From Hydrolagus affinis (Eukaryota): 64,000 bases of DNA. Made by a program: the position numbers and the translations under genes. Under the pieces are notes generated by a model that saw nothing but the letters and a program-made list of their open reading frames with translations, was not told the origin of the DNA and made no database searches. The stretch is taken from positions 62,001 through 126,000 of the forward strand of contig JAAILG010000178.1 in assembly GCA_012026655.1 (NCBI GenBank), written 5' to 3'. This document shows positions 38,545 through 50,262 of the stretch, piece after piece. Each line of letters opens with the position of its first letter. Within the stretch, counting starts at the first letter, position 1.

Positions 38545-39725
38545 GTGCTGTGGGATTTTTAACATCCATCTGAATAGGCAGTGGAGCCAGTACCGGCGTG
38601 TTTGGACCAAATTCCACAACTACTTCATCAGCAACTCTGGAATTATCAAGGCTGCTCCTTAGTAATATGAATATCCCCTTAGTCATGTGCTCCAACCTTA
38701 CTTTGAAGCTAAGTTTCCTAGCTGTGTAAAGCCTCAATCTTAACCAATCACCGCATACTCGTGAAACATCCATACAGATTTGCCGACGCCGCAGTTTACT
38801 CATCGAAGTCGTGTCACTTGGTGTGCAGAGTGCAAGGTTATTCTAGAAATGCATTGATGAATTTTGCATTGCAACAGTTCAGAGTAGCAACAGCCGCAGG
38901 AACCAGCCCACTTAAAGCTGCGGAACAGGCCTTTGAGCATCATAATGTTATCAGTCGGTTACTCTGCCTTCAGCAAAATGATGTCAGTCTCAAGCTGCCT
39001 TATTACAGGTTCACTGCAGGCACTGTTATCAACAGCAGCGCTTGATTGCATCATGTAATCAGGGGAGTTTGGGAGAACTCGGCATCAAGCAGTTTCTAAC
39101 TGAGTTGCAGCATCTTGAAATATGAATAAAATTGCCTATTGCAGCCCTGAACTTGTGCATTTTCTGTGTTACAGCCTCCGGTTTATCTTAAAGTACTGCT
39201 CTGGTCTTAACAATAGCAGAAGCAACAGTGTTCAAGAATTTTGTCAGGAAACTACATCAATAATCCACGAAAACAGCAGGAGGCGAGGTGATGGTCAGCA
39301 GATTGCACGCCCACTATTTCAGAGGCTCTGGAATTATCAAGGTTGAGAGTTAGCATCAGGAGGCTGTGATGCTGCAGAACGAATGGTTGACTGTCGATTC
39401 GAATTTATGTAAAACACAACTACAGGAGCTGCAAAAAAAAACACGAGCGTGCAAATGCATCAATGTTACTTACCATTAAAAAAAAAGCTTTGTTGGGAGT
39501 GCAGTCACGGTAGGCCTACATCTATTTTCCTTAAACGGCTGCACCATAATAATACTTGCATTTGATATAGAGTCTCAAAGTGCTTCACAGAATATACTGA
39601 AGAGTGAATTGACTGTGGGTGAATCCAGGATGCACATACACACACACACAGGGGTAATGTACTCTCCAGAGGACAGAGGGCTTCACAAGGTAGAAGAGAA
39701 CAATAGCAACTTGTATTTATATGGT

Positions 39726-39955
39726 AAACAAAACACAAAATACTACAGATGCTGGGAATCTGAAACAAAAACAGAAGTTGCTGGGGAAACTCAGCAGGTC
39801 AGGCAGCATCCATGGAGAAAGGAAAAGGAGTCAAAGTTTCGGGTCTACAACCCTTTGTCAGAATGTTTGTGGAATACTGCTGTGTGCAATTGGCTGCCAT
39901 GTTTCGCCCACAAATATACAGTCAACCTGCTGAGTTTCCCCAGCAACTTCTGTTT
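39726..39955 (-). mobile_element. Penelope-like short insertion with captured SINE segment and 15-bp TSD
   Basis: Same sequence as the 26 kb copy on the opposite strand; TTGTATTTATATGGT at 39711-39725 and 39956-39970. Confidence 0.8.
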
Positions 39956-40205
39956 TTGTATTTATATGGTGCCCTCCACTTGGGGTAGGAGCACTGAAAA
40001 ATGACATAGTTTGACACCAAGACAGGGACATTAAGGGAGGTGACCACAAAGCGCTATCGACGATGAATGTCTTCAAGAGAGTTTGCTGGGTTAGCTACCC
40101 AAGAATGCACTGCAAATCTACTAATAATATCATGGGATGCCTTCAGCAAAGATGTCAGTCAGCCCTTTGATCTGCCAGCCCACTTGCATCTGTAGCAGGA
40201 ATACT

Positions 40206-40489
40206 ACTTGTATTTGATATAGCGCTTTTCTCGTCTTCTAGACGTCTTAAAGCACTTGACAGTGTATACTGTAAAGTGAATTGACTGTATATTTGTGGGT
40301 GAAATATGGCAGCCAATTGCACACAGCAGTATTCCACAAACAGCCGTGGATTGAAAAGTTCAATTTATTTTTGTTTTTTTTCAAGGGATTATTATCAAGT
40401 ATGTGGAGGAAGGAAACTTGCCCAAGGTTTCAACTTGCCAGGAATTGAAACCAGGTCTCTCGCTTGCAAGACGGGTGCTCTAACCACTG
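40206..40489 (-). mobile_element. tRNA-derived Deu-type SINE, near full length
   Basis: Same family; carries the diagnostic GGAATACTG variant. Confidence 0.85.
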
Positions 40490-41987
40490 GAATCATGGTG
40501 GAAGCAAGACTACAAGGAAAGGGAGAGCAGGAAGATACAAACAAAAGTTCCAACTCTCCTTACTCCTCTCCCTCCAACCTTGAGAAGGTTAAACAACTAC
40601 ACCAGTTGGGCTGAAGTACACGTTTAGTTCAAGATGTAAATACTTTGACCGCTCAGATAAGATCAGATTCAGTGCTTTACACAATGATAATGTGTGCCCT
40701 GAGGTACAGAAGAAATGGGAAAGGTTGCAGTACTTACAAGTAGTCTGCTCTTCCTCATTAATAAGACCTGAAATGGCACAACTTTGCATCTCCAGTTCAT
40801 ATTTAATAACCCGTTATTAAATCTATTACTCACCACTCACAATCGCCTCAAGGTGATCTTCCCCCATTTAATCCACAAAAAAAATACATTCTGCTTCTTT
40901 GGCTTTGTCCGTCCGTTTGCCCCTCTCCCCCCTCTCTCACATCCCCACCATCCGCTCCCCACTCACCCCACCCTAGAAAACTTTCTGTTTTAAAACTGCT
41001 TCATGTGTTAGACTGACTGCATCTGACAGCAGTTAACACTTCATCATAATTTTTTAAACAACACACTTCCCCCTGCCCCCACCCCTATCACCAGTCACAA
41101 GCAAATTCACACAAGGAGAGTTCGAGACCTCCTACCTTTATATTCTTAGGTGGAAAACAAATGAGAAGTCAGCCTTAAATAAGCTTAATGGAATCAAAGC
41201 TGTTTGCACCATGGATTTATGTAAAAGAACTGTTGCAGGCATTTGAACAATGCAGTAAACTTCCAACGTAAGCAACTAACTGCTCCATTTGCAGGCATGT
41301 AATATTCAAATGTTTCTGTGCTTAACGATTGAATTGTTACCTCCTTGGCACCTGAACAAAAATCGCCTCATTTCTGAACTGTTGGTTTTCTTTTCTGATG
41401 TAAATTCCGGGCACTCTGGAGACTGGTACATTTGCATCACCAGACTGCACAATCCGTCTGACACACGCACACAAAAAAACATGCAAATTGCAGGCTTTCT
41501 GCATCTAAAAAAATGGGGGGGAAACCACAAGAAAGGCAGAGATTGCAAGGCAGAATTTTAACGAGCGGACAAAATTTATTTTAAGTTAATCATCCGTAAA
41601 AATGTTAATCGACTACAGCTGTACTTAATTATTAGGCAATTATCTGACTGACGATACATGGCATGAAACAGACTGAAACTGCTTTCAGGCTACACTTACT
41701 CTTCTATCATCAATCCTTTCAGTTACGGGTCTTGATTTTGGTGAAAGAAGGACCCACGTTGATGCTTGGGAGCAGATTCCATAAATCTGGGCAGCAAAGC
41801 GTGGCGTTCCCGACTGTGGCGGTATCCTCTTGTCTGCAACAGAGTTAAACGGTACATTTTTTGCTGAAAGATTCAGGGAGGAAGCAGGACAACTGCTGCT
41901 ATAATTAGTCTTTTCTATATAAAACACACTATAAGAAAGAATGCTACGAACTTTTATCAAAGTGGTTCGAAAATAGAATAAGAAAAA

Positions 41988-42140
41988 CAATAATCCCTGT
42001 ATTTGATATAGTGCTCAACAACAACAACAACAAAATGACACTTGTATAGTGCCTTTCATGCTTTATTACGTTTTTGAGACGTCTCACAGCACTTCACAGA
42101 ATATACTGTAAAATACGTTGACTTTGTATTTGGTGGGCAA
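41988..42140 (-). mobile_element. SINE 3' fragments with an internal (CAA)n tail
   Basis: Family tail sequence interrupted by CAACAACAACAACAAC. Confidence 0.6.
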
Positions 42141-43941
42141 AATAATAGTCATCAAAGGAGCTTTGGGACTCGTTGGGGGTGGGTGGGCAATTGTCATAGT
42201 TTGGAGCCACAAGACTGATTTATTTTGCCTTCCCCACCCCCCCCCCACCCACACAATATTTATATCACAACCCTTCAAGGAGATAAGTGTCTCGGAAGCT
42301 TAACAGTAGCAGGGCCCAACGCTGAGACGTGGGAAGGGAGGAGGTAATCGTAAGCACAGTCGAAGAAGATGTTCAGTCATGATATAATAGTGAGGAAGGA
42401 GGGGAAAGACTTGAGGGAGAGAATTCCCAAGGTTTGGAGTACAGTGACTGAAAGCTCAGCAGCCGATAGGACCACAGGATAAAATATTTGACGACAATGT
42501 AGCAGCACAAAGTATTTAGGATGATACCATTAGACGATATTAGCCATGTTCCAAAATTGATCGTTAGACTAAATGACACTTATCAGGGGTGGGGGAGAAA
42601 GAAACAGACAATAAATGCACCTTAATCTCCCATTAATCTAATTGAGCATTTAGTAATAATTCAGTCTCCTTTTGCTAATTCTGCCGATCACACTTGCTCT
42701 AATCAGGAGCAATCTATTACCTTCATAATTACACTCCTAGAAAATGTTCATCTCACAATGAGAACCAGTTGGAAACAGATTGCTTTGCAAAACAGAGGAT
42801 TCCTTTCTGCTTCATGTTCCGAAACATCAGACTTTTTAAAGCACTCGAGTGAGGTGTAAGCACCCAGGATAGGAGACTGCAAATTCCCTGAACATAGACA
42901 TCCTGTGAATGTGTGCTTAGCAATTAATTACATTGCTCGGTAAATAGCTTTTCCTTCAAAATGTGAGAAATATTGGGATTTTTTCCATCAAAAAAAAAGG
43001 TTTTGCTGGCATCCAATCTAAGGCTGCCTGACCCTCCTGCCCAGTAGAATAAGATGGACCTGAGTTTGTTGCAATGTATGACAACTGATAAATGTCAATC
43101 TGTCCACCAGCTGAGCCCACTCCCTCACACCCGGTGGTCTGAGACTCAAAGGGGTGGCTGAACCCGACTGACATTAAACACATCCAGCTGTGTTGCTGCA
43201 GCAACTCAACCCCACCCCCCCACTCCTCTTTATTTGTGATTTATTCACAATGCACTGCACAGACATTAAGCCCAGATAACCCTCATAGGGGAACTGTGCT
43301 GACAATGTTGGCAATGTGACAATGTCACTGTAGAAAAGCCCTCACCAGTTACAAATTGTTTCTCTCTGAAAATGAAATCGACAAAACAAAGCTGATGGAA
43401 TATTTATATGATTATTTTAAAAGCTAAGATTTGTAGTTTTTATTTTAAATAGCTTCCCTTTCCTATCACACGCACGCACACACACAAGCTATTCATCATT
43501 ACAAGTGGATTAATAGTTGCCGCTCGAGGGAGAATGCTTAGGATAACTTAAAAACTGAATATGCAACCTGTCTCTGACTCCCCATCCCTTGAGATAGCTA
43601 TCATTATAGGTGGACCACCAATCCAGAGCAACAGCATATCTTCAACACTGTACATGTCACTTCAAATACAAATGAGCTGCTCTTTTCCTACGACTTCAGA
43701 TGCGCATTTACGGTTTGGTAACAAATTACCATTTGTAAGTGGTTTAATCGGATTAGCCTACCACTGCAAGGAGATCTACCGGCTCCTCAGTTTATGCAAC
43801 ATAAGGATAATAATAATCCTTCTATTTGATATAGCGCCTAATCATGTCGTTGAGACATTTCAACGCGCCTTAAAATGCAGACTTTTTCATTCTTCTTCAA
43901 AAAGAACAGAGTTATGGCCCCCCCAAGCTCAAATCACAGGC

Positions 43942-44170
43942 TAGAAATTTCACCTGGGCTTAGCCGCTAAGACAATTGCACCTTTAAAATTCAGGATCTC
44001 ACAGAATTGTGGAAAATTCTTAAATTTAGTTCCAAAAGACTAAAGATTATAATTTAGGGATTTCCATTATTCAACACAACCAATTTTAAGACAATGTTGT
44101 CTTACAGCACAGGAACAGATAGAATTTGGAGTCTCTGGAGCCCCCAGATTTACCTAGAGATTTCTCCCCT
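43942..44170. mobile_element. Palindromic MITE-like element (diverged)
   Basis: AGAAATTTC...AGAATTGTGGAAAATTC...GATTTCTCCCC. Confidence 0.4.
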
Positions 44171-44633
44171 CATCCTTTGACCACCTTTCCTCCCCATGTA
44201 GAAAGCTTCTTTCCTCAACGTTAGGCTGAACTCTAGTACTCTGCAGCGATATCAATTATAGAAATTCAGAGTGGTGCACATCAGGGGAGTGTTATCTGTA
44301 AGAGTGATGGATTGCAATTTCAAACTCATCTGAAAAGATAGGACCACGTTTATTTTTCAGATGGGATATATACCGTTGTAACCTCTGAAATTCCCCTCGC
44401 TCTCTCCTTCCCTGAATGCAGTGACTACTGCTGTGTATAGTTTCTCAAGCAGCCCTTTGATAGCTCAGTCAACTGGATATTTTTCCTTGCGCAAATCCAA
44501 ACTAAATTGAATGCTGCTGCCAACATCACCACTGCAAGACAAGCATTTGATATGTGTGGTACAAAGTCATTCTGAAGCTCAGGAGAGCTTGCTTAAATCT
44601 TAGTGCCGTTTGTTTCAAGATATTGCATGATCA

Positions 44634-44935
44634 ATAATAATAATCCTCGAATTTGATATCGCGCTTTTCACGTCTTCTAGACGTTCAAAGCACTTCACAG
44701 AATATAGTGTAAAGTCTAATGACTGTGTATTTGTGGGCAAAACATGGAAGCCAATTACGCACAGCAGTGTCCCACAAACAGTCGTGGAAATGACCAAGTT
44801 ATTATTGTTGTTTTTTTCTTGAAGGATTATTATCAGACATGTGGAGTAAGGAAACCTTTTTCACGGTTCAGCCCTGCCAGGAATCAAACCCAGATCTCTC
44901 GCTTGTAAGGCGAGTGCTCTAACCACTGAGCTACA
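44634..44935 (-). mobile_element. tRNA(Val)-derived Deu-type SINE, full length
   Basis: Anticodon-like stem CTCGC-CTTACAA-GCGAG retained. Confidence 0.88.
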
Positions 44936-45432
44936 ACCACACAAGTAAAGAGCGAGCTTTGGGTTCTTCTTGCAGTTTCAGCTTTGCAACGATCGGCTAA
45001 AGGCACCATTCAGGGAACAAAAGCCGATGGACATGAAATATTCAGCGGTCATGGGCAGCAGGGGGATAAAGAGGAAGCTCCTCTTAGCTTTGCGTAACTC
45101 TCCGTAGAATGTATGGAATGTGTTGTTAACTGATACACGCTGTTGGGGAGAGGGAGGGAAAGAGGGAGGGGAGAGAGAGTTCCTGGCAGCCATTTCTAGA
45201 GCAACATAGTAATTGTACCATTCAGTAATGGCTTCGTTCTTTATTAAGGATAATAACGCACTGCTGATGATGATGATTATGTACAGTCTAATAATTTAGC
45301 TCAGGAGTTCTTTAGCAGAACTACAGCGAGAGGATAATGTGGCCTGGCAATGATGATGCATCTCTCAGATACCCACGGGGTTTAAACCATTTGCGCAGAG
45401 TACCAGGCCCTGAACGACCATTCATATTTATT

Positions 45433-45580
45433 ACAAAAACAAAAGTTGCTGGCGAAGGGTTGTAGACCCAAAATGTTGACTCCTTTTCCTTTCTCCATGG
45501 ATGCTGCCTGACCTGCTGAGTTTCCCCAGCAACTTTTGTTTTTGTTTCAGATTCCCAGCATCTGTAGTATTTTGTGTTTT
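45433..45580 (+). mobile_element. Penelope-like short insertion with 20-bp inverted arm and ~12-bp TSD
   Basis: ACAAAAACAAAAGTTGCTGG (45433-45452) is inverted to 45526-45545; ATTCA(T/C)ATTTAT at 45420-45431 and 45581-45592. Confidence 0.78.
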
Positions 45581-47462
45581 ATTCACATTTATAATTCTGA
45601 TTCACAAACCCCCGCCATGTCCCATTTCCTTTCTCAAAATTGGATGCTGGCACCTTTTAAAATGAACTCTATCCAGTAAGAGACTACATGTTTAACAATA
45701 TCGTGCGTGAGGAACCAATTGCGCTCAATGTGCGCAAAATTAAGCATCACATCCACAAATCAACAGCAAATAAGCACTTAGCAAAGTGTTTCTCAGAAAC
45801 GAATGTTTTGGTTCAGCATTTTACAGTGTTTTAAAGTCACCCCTGGAAATTTACAGCCAGCGGCACCAATTTTTTTTTCCTGACTCAACTTTAAGCGTTG
45901 AACATTTAAAATAACACACTCAATTTAAAAAAAGGAAGGCTGTAAAATAAGGATTAGGCATTCTGAATTGGTCAGCAGTTGTTACTGATTCGGGATTTTT
46001 AAAACAATTATTATTTTTACTTAATTTTATCTAACGTATAAAATTATGTCTTTCACAAAGTACTGTAGTGGGCTATTAAGGGTAATATCCTAATTTTTAC
46101 CAACCCCAGGCTTAAAACATGCTCTTGGCTGGCAGCCAAACAGTACATTAATGGCAAGGATGTACAGTATATTGGTATAACAGTACAATCTATTAAATTA
46201 ATTTTGTAATGTTTCACTGATAAAATTTTGCAAGGCAACAGAATTCTATTTCACATCTGGCACCCAAGTCTGATTCCAGATCAGATTAATGGGATTTAAA
46301 TGCAGTTTGCAGCCTCACATCCATAAACAGAGCCTGGATGAACTGAAAGCAACTGCCCCAGGCTAACAGTGTATTGTGTAGAAAACCACCCGCTCAGTTA
46401 TATGGTGGGAACTGAAGCCAATGTGGAAAACAATATCATTATTGTGCTTTTATGAGCTTTTCATTAAGAGACAGTACAGGGACACACTATTTTATTTTAT
46501 TAGGGTTCACTCAGCTCAGAGACAGTCTATTAGAGTCTATTACCTTGTCCTCACTCTCTATCAGCTGTGAGAGAGGTCCTGGCAGCTGCTGAAATCTGAT
46601 TCCTACACTGAGTATAAACGTGCAAGAATACTATTTGCAAAATTTATCCCAGAATGATGTAACCCACCTTTGCGTAAGGGTCTGTGCTTCAAATCAGTTC
46701 AAAGACAGTCCAGTGCAAAGAGCAACTAAATTCGCAGCTGAATTTGAAAATTTATTTACCACGTAAATTTATTTATCACTGCAATGAGAAATACAACTAC
46801 TACAAGGTAAGCAAAAGGGCAGTTGCAAAGTTAGACCTTAAGGTGGACAGCTGGAGAGATTTTGCGATACTATTTAGGACCTCAACCTGCCCCTTCCATA
46901 AAACGTCATCACGTTTTAATGTCTTGTGAGTGCACTGCTCTGCCTAGTTTGTCAAGTTGTTTGCATTTTGCCTGCAGAGCTTAAAAACTCAGTTCGCTGA
47001 ACCTTGTTTGCAGCCTTAAATAATTTAGCTGATCTAGGGAGATTAAGAAACTAATAAATAAGTCTATTGTGGTAGCACGATTCGCAGTATTACGTTTGCC
47101 TCAGAGCTTAATTTCCAGATGTTGTGTATATTAGTTGAATATATTTAGTGTGTACTATTATGTTAATACTCCTGGCACTTTTCAAGTTCCCAGATGCCAT
47201 TTACTATTCTCTGTAATTGGTAAAAGTGATTATGATTACTTATCACTGTGTAAGTAATTAAAAGTAATCGACAAAAATCAACATAATTTCTTGTTACATT
47301 GCACAAAAATAAATTTAAAGTAAAACAATTCTCTCCACCGGGACCCTTTTCCCCTTCCAAATTTTGCAGTATTTTGATTTATTACAGACATTTAATGCAG
47401 GTCTGTATGTTATATTTACGGAGGAAAACATGATTTGTTTCATTTACTTGTTGAAGCAAGTG

Positions 47463-47787
47463 GATAATAATAATCCTTGCATTTCATTTGGCGCTTTATC
47501 ATGTCTTCGAAATGCCTCAAATCACTTCACAGAATATATTGTGCAGTGAATTGACTATATTTTGTGGACAAAATGTGGCAGCAAATTACACACAGCAGTG
47601 TCCCACAAACAATCATGGATTGGGATTATTACCCCAGGAAATGTGACCCGCCAATTGACTAACAACTGGGTTCCTACTTACTGGTAGATAAATAGAGACA
47701 TGCAGAGGAAGGAAACTTACCTAAGGTTCTGCCTGCCCAGGAATCGAACCTGGATCCCCTCGCTTGCGAGTCGAGTGCTCTAACCAA
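47463..47787 (-). mobile_element. Variant SINE subfamily with an extra internal segment
   Basis: Same head and tail as the main family but a different segment at ~47630-47700. Confidence 0.75.
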
Positions 47788-48151
47788 TGCAGGACTTCAC
47801 TATAGGAATCTAAGCAAGAGCATGGTAAATCCGGAAAGAAATGGAAGAAATTGTTCAAACTCTGCCAGAATTTTGTGGTATGCCAACTCAAAGATTACTT
47901 GCTGTTTTCTGAATAGGATTTTTTGTTTTGCTTGCTTGGTTAGTATTTTGCTTCCTTCAAAACTAATCTGAATTTGAAATGAATCCTTAAAATGAATTAA
48001 TAATTCATGCAATTGGAGAGTTGGAGCTCAAGGGGGAGTGGAACTAAATGATAAAAAGAGCCAACGCAACAAAGAAAAGAGAGTTAAAAAGGCTAAAGGT
48101 GCTCATACAACTGAATGGTTTCTTTCAACTATAAGCAATGCAAATATAATA

Positions 48152-48260
48152 TAATAATAATCCTTGTGTTTGATTTAGCGCTTTTCATGTCTTCTAGACG
48201 TCTCAAAGCGCTTCACATAATACGCTGTAAAGTGAATTCACTGTATATTAGTGGGCAAAA
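48152..48260 (-). mobile_element. SINE 3' fragment
   Basis: Family tail. Confidence 0.75.
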
Positions 48261-49788
48261 TAGGCAGTTTCCATGGTTCACTTTGTTGGCAAGTGGATTA
48301 TTTCAGTGTTGACCACATAGAAATCAAACACATACAACAACATTGCTTTCAGCATCGGAAATTCTCTATTCCGCTGGCACGTAAATAAATGGTTCAAAGT
48401 TGGAGACAGCTTTCGTTTCAAAGATGGCACAAATGATCAATAGCCAATATGATAATGAGAGTATATATTAGAAAGGGTTCTCAATCAGTGGGAGTTTTGT
48501 TATTGATGTACTTGTCAGGAACAGAGCAGCGCTAAACAAAAACTGATAGGCAATTTCCTGACCCATATATTACAACTGTCCATGTCATAAAAAAAGCGAA
48601 GAAATTTGTTATTTTTCCCCCCAAACGGAGCGGTTCAACCCACTCCCTCACCAGAGCAGCGGAAATGTCATTCTTCACAGTATTCATCATTAAAAACCCA
48701 AACAAAAGACCCAAACGTGGAATTTTTAAAAATCTGTTTAGATTTTGCAACCTACTCTCACTGTGCTGGCTATTCTGATGTCTTGGTCATTCGACTGTGA
48801 ACGTTCAGTCTCCAGTGGAAGAAAAAAATGGATCAGCCAGGTTCTCCTTTCCTGACCACTTGGCAGAGTTTCCTATTGGAAGGTGGGCATGCGTGGACAT
48901 TGGTTGAGGATACTGTAGATTAAGACTTGACTGTAATGTTCCCCTACAATAAAATATCCTGCTGTTCATTACTGCTCGGGCATGTTGAAAATTCATTAGT
49001 GGGAAGGTTTTTTTTAATCCTCTTGAACATTTTTAATTCTACTGTATATGTTTCCTGGTTCTTTCACATCTAATGTCACTACGGCTAATTTCATTTCAAA
49101 ATATTTAAGAAAACATATAGTATGAAGAAAGAGATTATATTGTTTTAATCAGTTTGACTTTGTGTTTTTCCTAAATGATTCCCCCTCTTTTAAAGTCTTC
49201 CTGGGTGCTGGACCATTCCCTTGCTATGTAGATGAGTGGAATGAACATTTTTCCCTTCTCACACACACTGCAGAAACACCCTGTAGCTTCATTTGTTACC
49301 TTGACATCTCCTATGAAAGGATCTCCCATGAATGGGGAAATTATTCTGAAACTATGATTCTGGGCATACATCACTTCCAAACCTAATTCTGTCGATTTTT
49401 CAACTTTAGCCTCAAAGTTTCTCGTTGCCTTCGGCTGATACACTAGGATGAACTAATATGCTGGTAATAATGTCCCTCCAATGTCCCCACGTTTGGAGCT
49501 GACAGTTGAAACGGGAAAACACACACGCAGCTGATGGGTAACATTAGATTTTGTTTCAGGATGTGAATACTGCAACTGATGCCAATTCTCCCTCCACCAA
49601 AATTAATACGGTTCCACAAGCACAAACTCTCTCCCCAGTGATCTGAGCAAGACTTGGAAAACGCTCCTCAACGAGATAGATGCAATTGAATGAAGAAAGT
49701 CCTGGAACCACCCAATGTTGTAACCAGAATATATCATAAAGCCTCCCTGATGCTTCTTTAAGAGTTTAGTTTGATTTAGTCAGGCTTA

Positions 49789-50262
49789 CAACAACAACTT
49801 TGATTTATATAGCGCCCTCCACACCGGACGACGTCTCAGAGCGCTTCACAATAGTGGATCCTGGGACCGAGCCAGGGGCAGGGGTAGAAAGGTGACCAAA
49901 GGCGCGGTCGAAGAGAAAGGTCTTTAGCTGGAACCTGAAACTGAGAAAAGAAGGGGCGAGGCGAAGGTAGTGAGGAAGGGAAAGTACGGCTGCTGAGGGT
50001 GGAGCGGAGGATTTGGGGGACATGGAGTAGGCCAGACCCAGTGGAGTGAAGGCAACGGGAGCTGGTTTGAGGACAGAGGAGGTCAGAGAGGTAGGGGGGT
50101 GCAGAGGAGTGGAGGGATTTGAAAACAAGGGTGAGGATCTTGAAGTCGATCCTCTCAGGGATAGGGAGCCAGTGAAATTTGGCAAGGACTGGGGTAATGG
50201 GGGAGTGAAGTTTGGTGCGGGTGAGAATACAGGCGGCAGAGTTTTGGATTTTACGGATTGTG
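49789..50262 (-). mobile_element. L2-clade LINE 3' end
   Basis: Encodes IQNSAACILT...ITPVLAKFHWLPIPERIDFKILTLVFKSLH; same family as 21273, with a ~30-bp internal deletion. Confidence 0.88.
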
